From: Amphiscolops sp. MND2022
Lineage: Eukaryota
Reading direction: 5' to 3'
Length of the DNA stretch: 64,000 nt
NCBI GenBank assembly: GCA_964187785.1
Contig: OZ076411.1
Span: 42,284,001-42,348,000 of the forward strand
The notes beneath the pieces were generated by a model. That model had not been told where the DNA came from, did no database searches, and worked only from the letters and a program-made list of their open reading frames with translations. Every line of letters begins with the position of its first letter. Position 1 is the first letter of the stretch. Positions 1-13,789 of this stretch are shown here, piece by piece. The translations under genes were made by a program, and so were the position numbers.

Positions 1-911
1 ATCGGTAAATCGTCTGATTCCTGCAAGGCGTTAAGTTCTATTTCTCTTTCGAGGTGAGTCACGATTTCCTCATAAGTCCCGTTTTCCAGCTTTGCCATGT
101 TAACTGATCTTCTAAGTTTCGGCGGTAGTTTGGCGTATAAAAGGCTGTCAATCAAGCTTTTGGCATTTTCACCAAAGGCTTTCTCGGCACCTTGGTTAAG
201 ATCCTACAAGAAATCTGGTAATTTCATGGTATTGGGATCAAAAACGCCTTTTTGCCACTTGTGTTTTGCTGTGGCTTGGGACTCGGGCATGACATATTTC
301 CGACGAAATATGACCATTACATCCTCCAATTATTGGCAATTTGTTGAGATCATGTTCCGGAAAGTCTGTAGAGTATTCTTTCTCAAAGCGAGTGAACTGG
401 TCTTCATCTGCTCTGTCAAGATAGGTTGCTCTTTATCATGGTATGGAACAGATCTTCGATTGATAGGATCCTGTGATTGTTCGACTGGAACGGTCTCTGC
501 TACTGGTAGAGTTGTATTCATCGTTGTATCGTGGGTTGATTCTTGCAAATCTGGCTGGGAATGAATTCGTGCTGTGAGGAATTCAGGAATCGGACGTTGG
601 GAGTCGGTAGCTCCTGTCACCATGTAAGGAGTAAAGTCCGCATCTTCCCTAGGATCACAAGCGGACCTTGAAACCTTCTTTGTAAATTTTGTGTTTTTGT
701 TTTTCCAAGCATTACCAAAACTATCCACAATGAATAACGTACACGGCTGAGGGCCACCGCGGTTCAGAAGCAAATTCCGCATTATATTTTGTATCTCAGG
801 AATAACTCTATCGTTTATAGCAGAGCCTATTGCCTTGGTAATCTGGAATTGTTTTAAGTCCATCAACGAATCCAATTCGTGAGAAAACCTATCATTCATT
901 TCATCAGACAA
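1..911 (-). pseudogene. Degenerate gag-like ORF of an LTR retrotransposon, running off the window start
   Basis: ORF 330-911 continues in another frame towards position 1 as EDVMVIFRRKYVMPESQATAKHKW...DFL*DLNQGAEKAFGENAKSLIDSLLYAKLPPKLRRSVNMAKLENGTYEEIVTHLERE. This resembles a retrotransposon Gag capsid region and carries a frameshift and a stop. Family assignment is by recall. Confidence 0.55.
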
Positions 912-2429
912 TATGTTGATAGACTCTGAAAGTCCTCCTCGTCTAACCGACCCATTTCTTTTTTCAATATCCCTGATTTCAATCTCCTGGGATGTTTTCT
1001 CTATTCGGCAAAGGGTGCGTGCCCTGATGTCCTTCAGGGCCCTTGATCATGCTATCTAATACTCTTTCTATAGAATTAGAAATACATCATCCTAAATGAC
1101 GTCTATGTTACCGTACTCGGACAGTATGTCCATTTTCCTCGATTTTCTACTCTTGGCCTTTTGTTTTCTCTTTGAAGGCATGAATACTTGAGCAGGAGGA
1201 AATATTTATATCGTTCCTGTAATTAGGTTTGGCAAATTCAAATTATACAATGAACATTTGAACAAAAGCAATTTGTATCGTAGTATAATTCAATATCTTT
1301 TGTCGTCGATTGCCTGTCCCGGGTTTTTATACCCAAACGAGCATGACACTCAATTTTGCAAACGTCATTTTACTAAAAATAGCTCCGGTCTAAAGATAGT
1401 AACATTACCTCATTCTAAATATAGGAAATGCGGTCACAATTGTTTACTTACGAGAGGGGCAAGATCAAAGGCGTGTCGTGGTTGTAAGGAAGGGGGGTTA
1501 CGCATGTCCTGATACGGTCTAGCGACGCATTTATATAAACATGAAGCAACACTTTACATGTTAACATTACATGCATTCCGGATTGATTAGGTCACTCTGT
1601 CCATCTGGCCATATAGGGCCTTTCATATTCTCATACCAGGAAAGGAGGCATTTATTGCGCTATTAGCACCTTTATAAGTATTTCCTCAAAAGAAAGGTTT
1701 TATATGAGTGGAGCACCTTCTGATAAATAACTAGCATCAACTAAACTGAATTGGCCAGTAATGCGGCTAGTTCGCAATGCCCTACTTGTCCTTTTCGAGT
1801 AAATATTAGCACAGCTATATAATTGATAAATAAGCAACTACTATCAACTGCGTTGTGATTGGCTAATTACCCGGTAACGGTCACGTTAGCTATACCAAAC
1901 AGGAAGAGAGTTGAACGCGTTTCCTTACTGCCTGTCAGTATGGCTTGCTGTCAATCGTTATTTTGCATGGTAAAACATTTATAACAACACAACATCAATC
2001 AGTACTATAAATCCAATATAAAATCAGGGATCATAAGTTTCAGTTCCAATAAGGGCAGTGTTCCGGGTAAATGGATCGGCCGGGTGTGGTCTATCGTGTA
2101 TATGATGCCATCGCAGGCGGCAGCCAGTGACACTGAAGAAAAATCGGAAAATATTTTCGGCACTCTGATCTTCGTGAGATTTTACACCAAGAAACCCTGA
2201 GAATATTTTTAAAACATTGCTCTTTTTGAGCCTTAGGCGAGGTGCCGCCGATTTAGGCCGTTTCTGGCTCGTATTAATTCACTTTAGCTCAAAAACATAT
2301 AATCTGAAAAAAAAGGTTTCCGAAGTGTTCAAAATAGCCTTTCCAAACGTTTTCATTTAATATACTTACAATCAAAAATTGTCACTACATATGTAACTAT
2401 AGGAACCTAGTAGGCACCTTTAGGCAGTA

Positions 2430-4450
2430 AAACATAGGCTCGATGGCATGTAGCGCTCGGCCTCGAGCAGAAACGTTCAATTGTCTGAACTAGGTGCTAC
2501 ATATTGGGTATATTCCATGATCCAAGACCTAATAAAATCATCTAGTCTCAGATCAGGATATTTTGATGAAAAAGCTAAAGAGATGAATGCACAATTTTTT
2601 TGAAAAAAATATTTGTAAGTTTGGCAGAAAAAACGGAAACATTGATGGCGGAAACGTTGATGGTACAAAAAGTAGCCTACATCCTTGTCCCACTTTGTGA
2701 ATGAGAATGGTTTTCGTATCCATTTTCAGTTCAGACAAAAGTCAGCTGTAAATTGGAAAAAAAACTGGAAAAAACACATATTTTTTCATCCCTTAATTTG
2801 CTCAAAAAACCAGAATGAAAAAACCTCGACGTCACTTTTAGTCTAAACTGTAGCCTACAGAACTTACTTACGCTTCACACGAATATGAACCACGTCTTTT
2901 GTCTCCGTGATGACATACAGGAGCTCAAAAATAACCAAAAAAATTTTTTTCCAAAAATTCAAGTGTTTTAGGCAGAGGACGAAGGCGTCATACTTGATGA
3001 CGGAAACTTAATTGGTCCAAAAAGTAGCATACATCCTTGCAGTTTTTCTTGAGGGTGAATGGTTTCTGTATCTTTTATCAGCTTTAACAAATGTGAGCTA
3101 CAATAAGTTTTTATCACGAAAAATCAAGTCTGAAAAAAACTTCAAGTCAGGTTTGGCCTAAATTGTAGCCAATGAAATGCTTGTACAATTTACGAAGTAT
3201 TCAATCTCATTTGTGAGTTATAGAGGTTCAAAGATGAAAACCACTCGAAAATTGCGTTGTTTCAAACCTTCTTTGCAAAAAAACTTATGAAACCGATGTT
3301 CTCCGATATTTTTTCGGCGAATATGTAGCCTATGGTCTTGCGCAATTTTTAGCAAAATAATGGTATCCATATCTGTTCTCGGTTTTAGGAAATTTGCCTC
3401 ACAAGTTTGAAAAGTAGGTAGATGTTACAAAATCTGCGAAAAAAACATAGGCGCGACGGTATGTCGCGCTTGGCCTCGAGCAGAAACGTTCAATGGTCTG
3501 CAGAAGGTGCTAGGAAGTCTTTATGCTCCAGGACCTACAACCGTGTGAGCTTTTCTATTCACAAATCAGGAAATTCGATGAAAGAACTAAAAAGTTAAAT
3601 GGAATTTTTTTGAGAAAATGGAAATTGTATTTTTGACAGAAACCCGAAGGCGTCATACTTCATGACGGAAACTTTGATGGTACAAAATGTAAGGAAAAAA
3701 CTGGAAAACATCCTAATTTGTCGAAAAAACAGAGCGAAAAAAAATTGACATTACTTTTGGGCTAAAACGTAGCCTACATAACTCTCGTACAGCTTACGAA
3801 ACTCCGTATTTGGTCTCGGTCATGAAATATAGGAGCTCAAGAACCAAGAAAAAACTTTTTCAAAATTCAAGTATTTTTGGAAGAAAAACGAAGGCGTCAT
3901 ACCTGATGATGGAAATTTTGTTGGTTTAAAAAATAGCCTGCATCCTTGCAGTTTTTCTTGAGAGATAATGGTTTTTGTAACTTCATTCAGTTCTGAGAAA
4001 TGTCAGCTACCCATGAGAAAAAATATCAGATCTTTTATTTCATCTCTTTTCGCCCAAAAAAACATGTATGAAAAAAATTTGACGTCACCTTTATGCTAAG
4101 ATGCAGCCGATGAATTGCTTGTACAGTTTACGAAACCATGGACTCTATATTCAGTCTCCGTTCTGAGATATATGGGATCAAAGATGAAAAACACCCGAAA
4201 ATTGCGTTTTTTTCAAAACTTCTTTGCAAGAAACCCATAAAGCCGAATTTTTTTGGAAATTTTATATGGCGAAAATGTAGCCTACCGTGCGCAACTTTTA
4301 GCGAAAACATGGTATTCATATCTATTCTCGGTTTTGAGAAATTTGCCTTACAAGTTTGAAAAGTTGACAGATGTCACCAAATCTGAGAAAAAAACTCGAC
4401 AATATGGGCACCTCGCAAAGCTCGAGCCCCAATAAAAAATTCTTCCGTCT
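2430..4450. repeat. Complex degenerate tandem repeat (about 1 kb period with internal subrepeats)
   Basis: acataggc...ggcctcgagcagaaacgttcaat occurs at about 2431 and 3447. The subrepeat gaaggcgtcatact-gatgacggaaactt recurs at about 2640, 2983, 3647 and 3891. Confidence 0.7.
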
Positions 4451-5094
4451 ACAGACGTTCGTTTGCAAACAACGGCCCGAGTTATGTAACATCGACAAGC
4501 ATGGATTGTGAACAAATGAAAAAAATTGAAGTAAAATTTCCATGAACACCTGTCACGTACAGATTGGTTATTATGCGTTTTATTCCAGTTTGACAGGTTT
4601 CCAAATTCAGTACGGAATACAGAAAAAAAATACACAACCCACACAACCGCCGACACGCCCTAATTTCTCTGATGATTCAATACACAACTGAGAATCGACA
4701 TGATGTCTTCCGTAAAATCCTATTTTTTGCTATTTGCGTATTGATTCGCTTATGCAGGATGTTCTAAGACCTTGATTTGTTGTTTATACTCTAGTGATAT
4801 TGTGAACGAGACAACAGAAGACTGAGGTATTGCCAATTTTAGGTGTTTTGTTAAAATCTGATCTTGCAGATCTGTCAGCTATACTATTCAGCCTAATTTA
4901 TATTCTCAGGCCTTGAAGTATGTATGAACACACAATAACGTTAGAAACCGTTTTTACATGCTTGAGGTACGCGCCCGGAGTGTGTCTAAAAAAGCTTCCT
5001 CGATGTATGAAAAGTCCTTGAGTAAAATTTAATGATCTCCTGATGAGCTGTCCAGTCAACCTGGCACTAAGTGTTTCATCACACAAATCTCATA

Positions 5095-5609
5095 CCCAGT
5101 GTTCGACATCTTGAATATCTTGCCAAGATCTTCCAAGATCTTGCCAAGATCTTGCAAGTTCTGGGAAGGTCTTAGAAGAAGTCCAAGATAGAATCCAAGA
5201 TCTTGTCAAGATATCCAAAATGAAATCCAAGATCTTGTCAAGATATCCAATATAAAATCCAAGATCTTACCAAGAACTCCAAAATAGATTCCAAGAGTAT
5301 ATTTGTCGAACATGTAGTTCTTCTGCAAGCAAAGCTTCCAGAAACCGAACAAGGTCCTTATTCTGAGGTGGAGGTTCTCTGCTGATGTGGATTTATATAA
5401 CACACGTGACAGGACTCAAGATATTCAAGATGTCATGACAAAATCCAAGATCTTGCCAAGATACTCAAGATCCAAGATTGTCCAAGATTTCCAAGATCCA
5501 AGATCTTGTCAAGATATCCAAGATGAAATCCAAGATCTTACCAAGAAATTCAAGATCTCAATACAAAACCTAAGATCTTTCCAAGATATTCAAGAATTCG
5601 AACGCTGGG
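5095..5609. mobile_element. MITE with CCCAG termini, TA target duplication and internal ccaagatctt subrepeats (CMC/EnSpm-like, tentative)
   Basis: TIR cccagtgttcga (5095) / tcgaacgctggg (5609), flanked by TA at 5093-94 and 5610-11. Many ccaagatctt units are arranged as inverted arms. Confidence 0.8.
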
Positions 5610-5707
5610 TATAAGTTTGTTACTCAGTTAACTAGTACAGACAATTTCTGATACGTTGTATGAAACCAAGTGTCTCAAACATAGAAATTAAAAATTGATG
5701 ACGTAAC

Positions 5708-5930
5708 CTTTACGTTTGGCCTCGTTTGGGAAAAAGGGGCCCGGGAGGGAGAGATTGAAGCCCTCGAACAGCAGGGTGAGAGAGCACACACAGACCACGG
5801 CCTTCCTCTTCCACAGGATCATGCTTGTGACGTCATTAGGCACCAGACTGTCTTCTTCAGTGGCCGACGTCTCAATTTGGTCATTCTTACTGAGGCTGCT
5901 CTCGACTCTTGTTACTTTCAGATGTTTCAT
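5708..5930 (-). CDS. First coding exon of an MFS transporter, SLC18B1-like
   Basis: ATG at 5930. LTLLFEGFNLSLPGPFFPNEAKRKG resembles TM1 of SLC18B1 (SLLAPFFPKEAEKKG). A phase-1 GT donor follows 5708. Downstream exons were not found in the window. Confidence 0.6.
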
Positions 5931-6818
5931 TATCTTGTAATACAGTAAAGTCCAGTTATAACAGCACCTCTCGTTGAAATTGATTTCTTTTACTAAAAGT
6001 GTGTTTCAGTGGTCGAAAATATGGAATCCCTCTTGAAACATGAGAGATGGAAAAATGTTAAACCTTGAAAAAAAAAGAAAATAATTCCTGGAAGCTTCAT
6101 AATTGTGACAGTTTCAATGAATGATTTCTTGTTCATACGGCAGCATTTTAATTGGAGTCTTTGAAATCGCCTTTTTATCGTGATGAAGACATAAATACTC
6201 CTGACGATATTAAAGATATAATGGGACTTTACTGTATGTACTTCGTTAGTTTTTTTTGCCCTGCTGAGTGATTTCTTAGCAGGTGATAGAAGATGCTGAT
6301 ATTTTAAAGAATGGGTGTCCTTTTGAGTGAGAGTCTGTATATATGTTATCCTGTTTTCTCGAATTTACCAGTTACTTCGAACATTACTCAATACACGGTT
6401 ACTCTTTTATTCCATTAAAATGGCAATGAAGAACCCTAGTTGAAAAAAATCACATCCTGTAATAAAATGCATTACTTGGCACTAACTTTTAACATCTTGT
6501 AAGATTTGCTTTCGGCTGAAAATGCAACAAAAAGGCATAAAAATTACAACACTCTTGCCAAATTTATGCCTCCATGCGTTAGAATTTGTGTGGTTGAGGA
6601 AAATCTATCTGAAGTTCAAGTAGTTAACGCGTAATCGGATATTCGAAAACATACCGAAATGAATTATGCATCAATCAAACAGGACTGAGAATACCTCTAT
6701 AATACGCCAGAAAACCAAAAGGCAAATGACATTTGACTTCACTAGCAAAAAAAGTCGAACCTAAATCAATTTTTGGATACACATTTGACAAAAATTCCTG
6801 TTTTTTGAGACGTAGCAG

Positions 6819-7060
6819 AGGGGCAATGTTTAGTGGTTAGAGCATTCGACCTGTATTGGGGAGGTATCAGGTTTGAATTTCTCTCAAATCAACATTATTG
6901 GAACTTGGGCAATACTTCAACCCTAGGTTAGTGGAGGATAAAAAAGAGCAAAGGTGAGCAGCCAGACCTTTGTGAATTTGAGCAGGTGAATTTGAAACGA
7001 CAACTTCAAGCATGCCATTGCTTGAACACTTGGCTACAAAATGGTACCACAAAACTTAAA
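6819..7060 (+). mobile_element. tRNA-derived SINE (family also at 58.74-59.02 kb and 13.79-14.46 kb)
   Basis: A-box-like tagtggttagagc and B-box-like ggtttgaatt. The body ccctaggttagtgg...gagcagccagacctttgtga aligns with the reverse complement of 58740-59020. Confidence 0.7.
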
Positions 7061-7194
7061 GGGAAGATAGCTTCGAATAAAAGCTCCGACTTAGAACAGC
7101 AGAACTGCTAATTCGGTGTTCAATCGGAATAGGGCAAGAAAGGTTAGTTTTTAAAACTTTATTATACGATATCTTGAAAAAAGTTGATTATAAA

Positions 7195-8495
7195 AACAAG
7201 ACGGTAAAGTCTCAAGTAGGTGCCGCCCCACTTAGGGCTCATAAGGCGCAAAAATTTAAAATTATGCTCAGGACTTTTTTCATGAAAAACTCTTGAAACT
7301 GTCGAAACACCCTAAGGTTTCTTGTAGGGAGGAATGTCGAAACACCCTTGTTTGGTTTCAATCCTCCGCTTTTTTTCCGCTTTAGTAAAACAGATTTAGT
7401 AATAGTAGCAATATAGTTCGGATAAAAACTTGGAAAACTGTTGAAAAAATTATTGGTGGATATATGTTGAGAAAACTTAATTTCAGACGCAAAATAGGAT
7501 TTTTGAAATAATCTCAGTGCCAAAAATGTGAAAGGGGGATTTTTAACATCCATTTTGTTGCAAAGTATGAAAAAATTGAATCGGGACTTTTTGGGAACAT
7601 TAAAAGATTTTCCAAAAAAAGTCTAACAGTGCCGGAAAAAGTTAAAGGAGGGACCCTTTAGTCTCGTCCGGTTTTGTATGTTGCGTTAAAAAGGAATGTG
7701 GCAGATTTCGTCCCAGACAGATTTAGTCCCACGTCGAATTTTGACAGATTTCGTCCCAAACAGATTTCGTCCCATTTTTAACAGATTTCGTCCCATTTTT
7801 GACAGATTTCGTCCCACACAGATTTCGTCCCATTTTAGACAGATTTCGTCCCATTTTTGACAGATTTCGTCCCATTTTTGACAGATTTTGTCCCGGATTA
7901 CTAATAGTATGGGAAATGATTCTATGCTATACACAAAATTAAGCACTAATCGGTATAATTTATTCGGTGATTCTTCATTCGGTGCTGTTACAGCCAATAT
8001 GTATGGAACTTGATTTTTTTGAAGAGGTTAGCATATTTGTTGTATGGCTCGGTCGCTTCGCTCCCTTCGCCAAGTAGCAACATTGAGGCATGGCCATATG
8101 GCACGTCGCTCCGCTTCGCTTCGCTCCTGCATTTAAGGCACTAGGGGTATGTGAACATAGCTGACTACGTTATAATTATTATTTGGGACGAAATCTGTCA
8201 AAAATGGGACGAAATCTGTTTTAATGTTAAAAAATGGGACGAAATCTGTGTGGGACGAAATCTGTCAAAATTTCCATGTGGGACGAAATCTGTTTGGGAC
8301 GAAATCTGTCACTCCCGTTAAAAAGGTAAAACTGAAAGGCCTTTTGCAATAACTTAGATGTGTTTCCCTGGTATTCGTTTAGTCGAACAAACTGAACACA
8401 ATTTTCGTCGCATTCGAGTCTGTCTTAAAGAAAACAAAAACAACAGTGACTGTAATTGTCGGGCTTGTTCATTGTATAAAACCGCCGACTAAAAA
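7195..8495 (+). mobile_element. Helentron-like non-autonomous element (HINE type), interrupted by foldback MITE A
   Basis: 5' end aacaag...aagtaggtgcc...ctaaggctc-like. 3' end is the stem-loop gtcgggct...ccgccgact followed by aaaaa. The same ends recur more than 10 times in the window. Confidence 0.65.
7693..8315. mobile_element. Foldback-like MITE family A with a 9-bp TSD
   Basis: Inverted arrays of acagatttcgtccc / gggacgaaatctgt. Perfect TSD cgttaaaaa at 7684-7692 and 8316-8324. Imperfect GG-starting termini. Confidence 0.9.
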
Positions 8496-9623
8496 CATCT
8501 GAGAAACAATTTGTAGCTTTGACTCTATTCTTTAACTTTTCCGGAAACGTAAGCCGTTAAGAAAAACGCCATCGTTGTTCCAACTGAACAGAACTTTGTT
8601 AATTACTTTCATTAAACATTTATCAGGAATCCGAAGGTCCTTTTTCGGTTACTATAATATTGAGTCTGTTTGCGAAACTAGAAGAGACCAGAAGGCTTTG
8701 GAACTTTTTACAGAACCTAAATCCTTTGCTTTTTGGATTTTTGCAACGTTGCAAGATTTTCCCCAAAAATTTATCATGTTGCATTCATCCTTGATTGCAT
8801 TAATACTTTTCAATCTCACGGAAGTGGAAAAAATTTCAAATGATCTCCGGTGGGATTTATTGAGGTTTTCCTGAATTTGTCCAAAACAGGTCCAGATAAA
8901 TATTTAAGAAATTAGCAGTTTTTGAAAAGAATTAGCACTTTTTGACCCTCCAGGGAGGGTCGATTTGTTGTATATAATCTTGTTCGAACGTTAACTTGGA
9001 AAACCAAACAGTAATTAAATTTTAGTTATGTTTTGCCGCGTCTGACAAAGTAGATCATAAAGTTTGAAAGAAAAAGTGTTCAATGGTGTCATTTCATACT
9101 TTTGTGATTCAAATTAGGACACACAACTTCTTGCTGTAATTGTCAAGATGGATAAATGGCTGCTTATCAAGAAGGCATACAATCTCATATACAAAAGTTT
9201 ACCTTTGTTTACCAACAAGCCTGAATACTCGAAAATACTCACTAAGTCAACTAATCAAATGAAAAGATCATTCCATCACGAAAAAGCATGTTTGCTCATC
9301 ATGTAATTGTAATGATTGTTCAAATTTAAAGATCGAAGATATTCATTCTATAATCCAAATCGCTCACGAAGGAATCTCATCATTAAAGGAACAAAATGCA
9401 GAAGAGAAAAACTATAACTCTTTGCTAGTTACAATTGCAGTCTTCAATGATGATATCCTGAGTTGAGCGAGACATCTCAAGGGTTTTTGCTTGCATTAAA
9501 TTATTTTGATTGCCAAGCAACAAAACATGCGACGATTGCTTTGAATGAAATGAAACAACAAATGATTTTCGAACAACACACTTGAATTGTGAGGGAACTA
9601 CATTACCCCAAAATAAAACAATC

Positions 9624-10646
9624 GGTGTGCGTTCATTTCACCCCAAAATCATTTCACCCCATATCATTTCACCCCATATCATTTCACCCCACATTCATTT
9701 CACCCCACGTTCATTTCACCCCACATTCATTTCACCCCACATTCATTTCACGCCACGTTCATTTCACCTCACTTTCATTTCACACCATATTGTAATTATA
9801 CAAAAGCGTCTCACGTTAATCAACAATTAAACTTTGATGCCTACTGTTTTTGAGTTAGCTTTGAGGTTTCTGGCCTGTAGGAAAACGGAATAGGAATTTT
9901 TTGCTGAAGATTCGGAGCATCCATAGTTGTAGATTTTGATTGACAGAAAAAATGATTTTTCTGAGCTCCTTGTTTTGAAGTATTACAATTCCGATAAGTG
10001 AAACTTTTCGGTTCCGATTTTGTGGTTCACATAGCAAGCATCGTTTGCTTATCTAATTGGTAATTAGAACCCAGACGCTTTTATATTAGCGGTAAGATTG
10101 AAATTGGGTGGCAATAGTCATTTATCTGAGACGGTGTCAGGACATTTCATCCTATGCAATTTAAACCTATGCAATTTCAACCGTTGCCATTTCAACCGCT
10201 CACAATTTCAACCAATTGCATTTTCAACCGTCTGCAATTTCGACCTAAACTAATTTTGGCTAATGGATCCTAATTAGTTACATAATTATTTTGGTGGTTT
10301 TAACTTTCATACATTTCTGAATTGAAATTCGCTAATTTTTACGGCAATTTTGATACCTTTTGGCTTCTTCATGGATAATTACCATTAATTAAGGCTGGTT
10401 GATTCATTAGTAATAATTGAACTGAAATAATAGCTCAATCGAATGAAGACTAAATAGCCAAAACTAATAGGTCGAAATTACGGACGGTTGAAAATGCAAT
10501 AGGTTGAAATTGTGAGCGGTTGAAATGGCAGCGGTTGAAAATGCATAGGTTGAAAGTGTATAGGACGAAATGTCATGTAACCATCTGACGCATTTGATAA
10601 TTTAAGTGTGGGGTGAAATGATCGTGGGGTGAAATGATACTAAACC
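9624..10646. mobile_element. Foldback-like MITE family B (catttcacccc arrays) with a 9-bp TSD
   Basis: Termini ggtgtgcgttcatttcacccc and ggggtgaaatgatactaaacc. Perfect TSD aaaacaatc at 9615-9623 and 10647-10655. Confidence 0.9.
10133..10582. mobile_element. Foldback-like MITE family C nested in the family B element
   Basis: Termini ggtgtcaggacatttc and gaaatgtcatgtaacc, with atttcaacc subrepeats. Degenerate TSD atctgagac / atctgac. A related empty site is present in the 32.2 kb copy of family B. Confidence 0.85.
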
Positions 10647-13600
10647 AAAACAATCATCTTTGAAAACACAACATTCTCAACATGAAACGACGGAAACATT
10701 TGCTTTTATTTTTGCTCAAAATTTATTCTACCCTGCTTGAACATCTTTTCACAACCTTGGAGGTGGCTGGACAAAAGTTCGATTTCTCAAAAAATTACGC
10801 ATTTTCACTAAGTCAACAAATGAACATCAAGAGGCGTAGTAGCACTGCGATGTTTCTCATATACTGCAACAAGAAACAATACCATACGAAAAAAATTTCA
10901 AGCATCACCTGTTCGCAAAAGAAAACCCTAATATCCTCAACAAAAAATGCTTTTACATACCTGAGGCGAGTGCGTTTAAATATGTTCTTTCAAAAAACCA
11001 GCCATTCGAAAAAGAAAATTTTCGCCGTTTTTCTTTTTTATCCTTTATACATTATGTCAGAAAATAGTATTATTGACGTTCAATTTGGCAAAGTAGAATA
11101 GTTAGCGAAAACAATACTTTGTAAACTAATTCGAACGCCATCTTGATTCTGGAGATGCCTGATACATTTCAGAAACAACGTCAAAAATCGGATGAACAGT
11201 TTTTTTATTATTTGACATTTATTTTTTTATGAACAGTTTATTTTTTAATGTTCCTATGGAATTTTTGTAAAATTACCAATAGATTTCATGCATTACAATG
11301 TTAAAAACGGTATAAAACGAATGAACACGTGATCCAGTAGGCTTATGTAAAGAAACGATTGCTACACTATGATATCAAAAACCGTGTACACCAAGACTTT
11401 TTTTGAAAAACGATCAAGGGAATTCCACAAAATTCATCAAATTTACTTCAATTAGTAGTCAATTACGGTTCCATTGGATTTCTTGACATCGTGCAAGTTT
11501 TTTAGAATACAATTGTACAAATTCTCCACAAGTTCTTTGCCAATACTGTTCCAAATTTCAAGGACTTCACTTTTTCTTCGCGATTTTCCCAGTTTACAGT
11601 CGGTTTTCAGAGTCTTTCCTTCAGCACTGACCGCATTTTCTAATTTCTAAAAGATCTTCAATTCAGTGCTGTAGGGACTGCATCAATGGAAAATGCACTC
11701 TATTCTTGTCGGTAAAAACAACGTTTTGCCAGTAACAAACGTCTTGCTCCTTCGCATTTTAACAAACCATTTTAGTCTTGAACTTTGTTGTTTCTTCACT
11801 AATTTGCGTTTTTTAGCAGCAATTCTGCTGTAAACAACTCTTTTTAGTCGGCGCTTTTTTAGTGAAAAGAGCCCGACTATTACAGTGGCTAGTATTTTTC
11901 TTTGCTAGTTTTGGAGAGATATCTTGCAGACTTTTGTTCATAAATGCCCTAAAATGTCCCAGAAAATCAAAAATGTGAGAAAAGCTCCAGTTTTCCAATT
12001 TTTATTGACTTTTTGAGGGGAAACCCTCTAGTTAAGGAGAAAAATATCGAAAAAAGCCAGACAGTATTGGGCAAAACCTAAAGAACAGAAACTGATGAGA
12101 AAAATGAAGAAAAACTTTAAAGAGAACCGTTGTAAAGATAGGACTTTCCGATTTTTTTTTCAGAGAATAAAAACCAACATTTTTACTCATTCTAGTGCTG
12201 TCATCAATTTGAGCCAACTGATGTTTGATAGTCTGGAAGCTCGGTGCGAAGACTCAAGCAGAGATGGAGAGTCCAATATTCAGTTTAACTGTTTTCTAAA
12301 AAAAAAACATTTCTGTAGATTTAAAAGTCAAAAAATGTGCATAAAAATGAATTGTGGTTGTTTACAACTGTCAACACAAATTAGGTGCTAAAAATTGAAG
12401 TTTCGAGCTTGCGCTACACATCATCTCCCCAATGATGGACAGTGGTTACCTGTTTACCAATTTCGTTAATTCTAATAACTGAAGTGTTCAAGAGTTTCCG
12501 CGTTGTCCAAAGACTTTAATGTTGCTCCGCTCCACGGGTTCTTCCACTATCTCCCACATTTCGCTCCGTCTGTTTTTTACCCCCTCTCACAATACCTGAT
12601 GTTTGCTAGGCAAGTAAGCGTCGCTTTTGCACAAGCTTCCAATCTAACCAAAAGTTTTGTTCCCAAGTAGAAATGAATTGCTAATCTGATTGGCCGCAGC
12701 AAAAATTACCTAAAATTAAATCTGTGGGGAGAATTAACAGAAATTATCCGAGTCATTTTTCATTGACTATTTCTTGAAAATGAAGTTTCCGTTCCCAAAT
12801 AGTGAGAATAAAGTGTTTCTCCTAACGCAATGAGTGAGAAGTTTTAAGTTGTCAGAATTATTCAGGCTGGAGAAAAAGCCTGCATCCAATTGGGACCTGG
12901 AACTTCTTCTGGCCTCAAAGGACAATTTCTGATTTGTGCCTGAATCGATCACAATTTTCCCAGCTACACGAAGCTACGTTCAATTGATATGAGCATTTTG
13001 TTCAAAAACGTTTTCACCAATTCATCCAGTTCGACGCCGAAAAAGCAGATTTGCTTTTCTAAGTCGGCGCCCGCTCGAATACAATCTTCCCATATCAAGC
13101 TATGGTACCATTTTCGTACCGAAATGGCCAAGAAGGTCTGACTGATCACATTTACTGTTTTTTATCTGTCACTAAGCTAGGAATGAAGTACTTGCTTAAG
13201 TTCCAAAAATGTTGAGTTGAAAAAAGACAAACCTGATACCTCCAGAAATTGGTCTAACCATTATATCATGCTTCCTCCGCTACATCTAAACATTTGGAGT
13301 ATTTAGCAATTACATATCCAAACAATTATTAGTATTTGATTTTTTTTCTTGTGAAATCAAATGTCTTTAGCTTTTTGTTATCTTGGTTTTGTGGGACAGC
13401 CCAGCTTGATTGAAGTATAAGTCAATTTGTTGTTGTTGTTAATGTGGATTTTCAGCTTTCGCTAATGGGATGGCTCCTCAATTTCTTTCCAACATCTTCG
13501 TCCCATGTTTCTACATTGTCCACAGTCGCGCACCCTTAACCATGTACAAAAGTTGTTGTTGTTGTGTTGATATAGATTTTCAGCTTTCGCTGATGGGATG

Positions 13601-13789
13601 GCTCCCAATCTCTTTCCAACATTTTCGTCCCATGTTTCTACATTGTCCACAGTCGCACACCCTTATCCATGGACAAGAGTTGTCTTCGTCGAACAGGTTA
13701 TTGTAGAATTTCGTTGATTCACAAGACCTAGAAGCTGGAGACGTGGACTTCAAAAACATAATGGTTGAATAGTTCGCTGAGCAATTTTT

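Noticed and set aside
7686-9830. ORFs with repeated peptides (WDEICQK, ISPH)
   Set aside because: Translations of MITE subrepeats, with no coding signal.
7693-10646. Short regularly repeated units resembling CRISPR arrays
   Set aside because: No unique spacers and no cas genes. The units form inverted arms with TSDs, so they are foldback MITEs in eukaryotic DNA.
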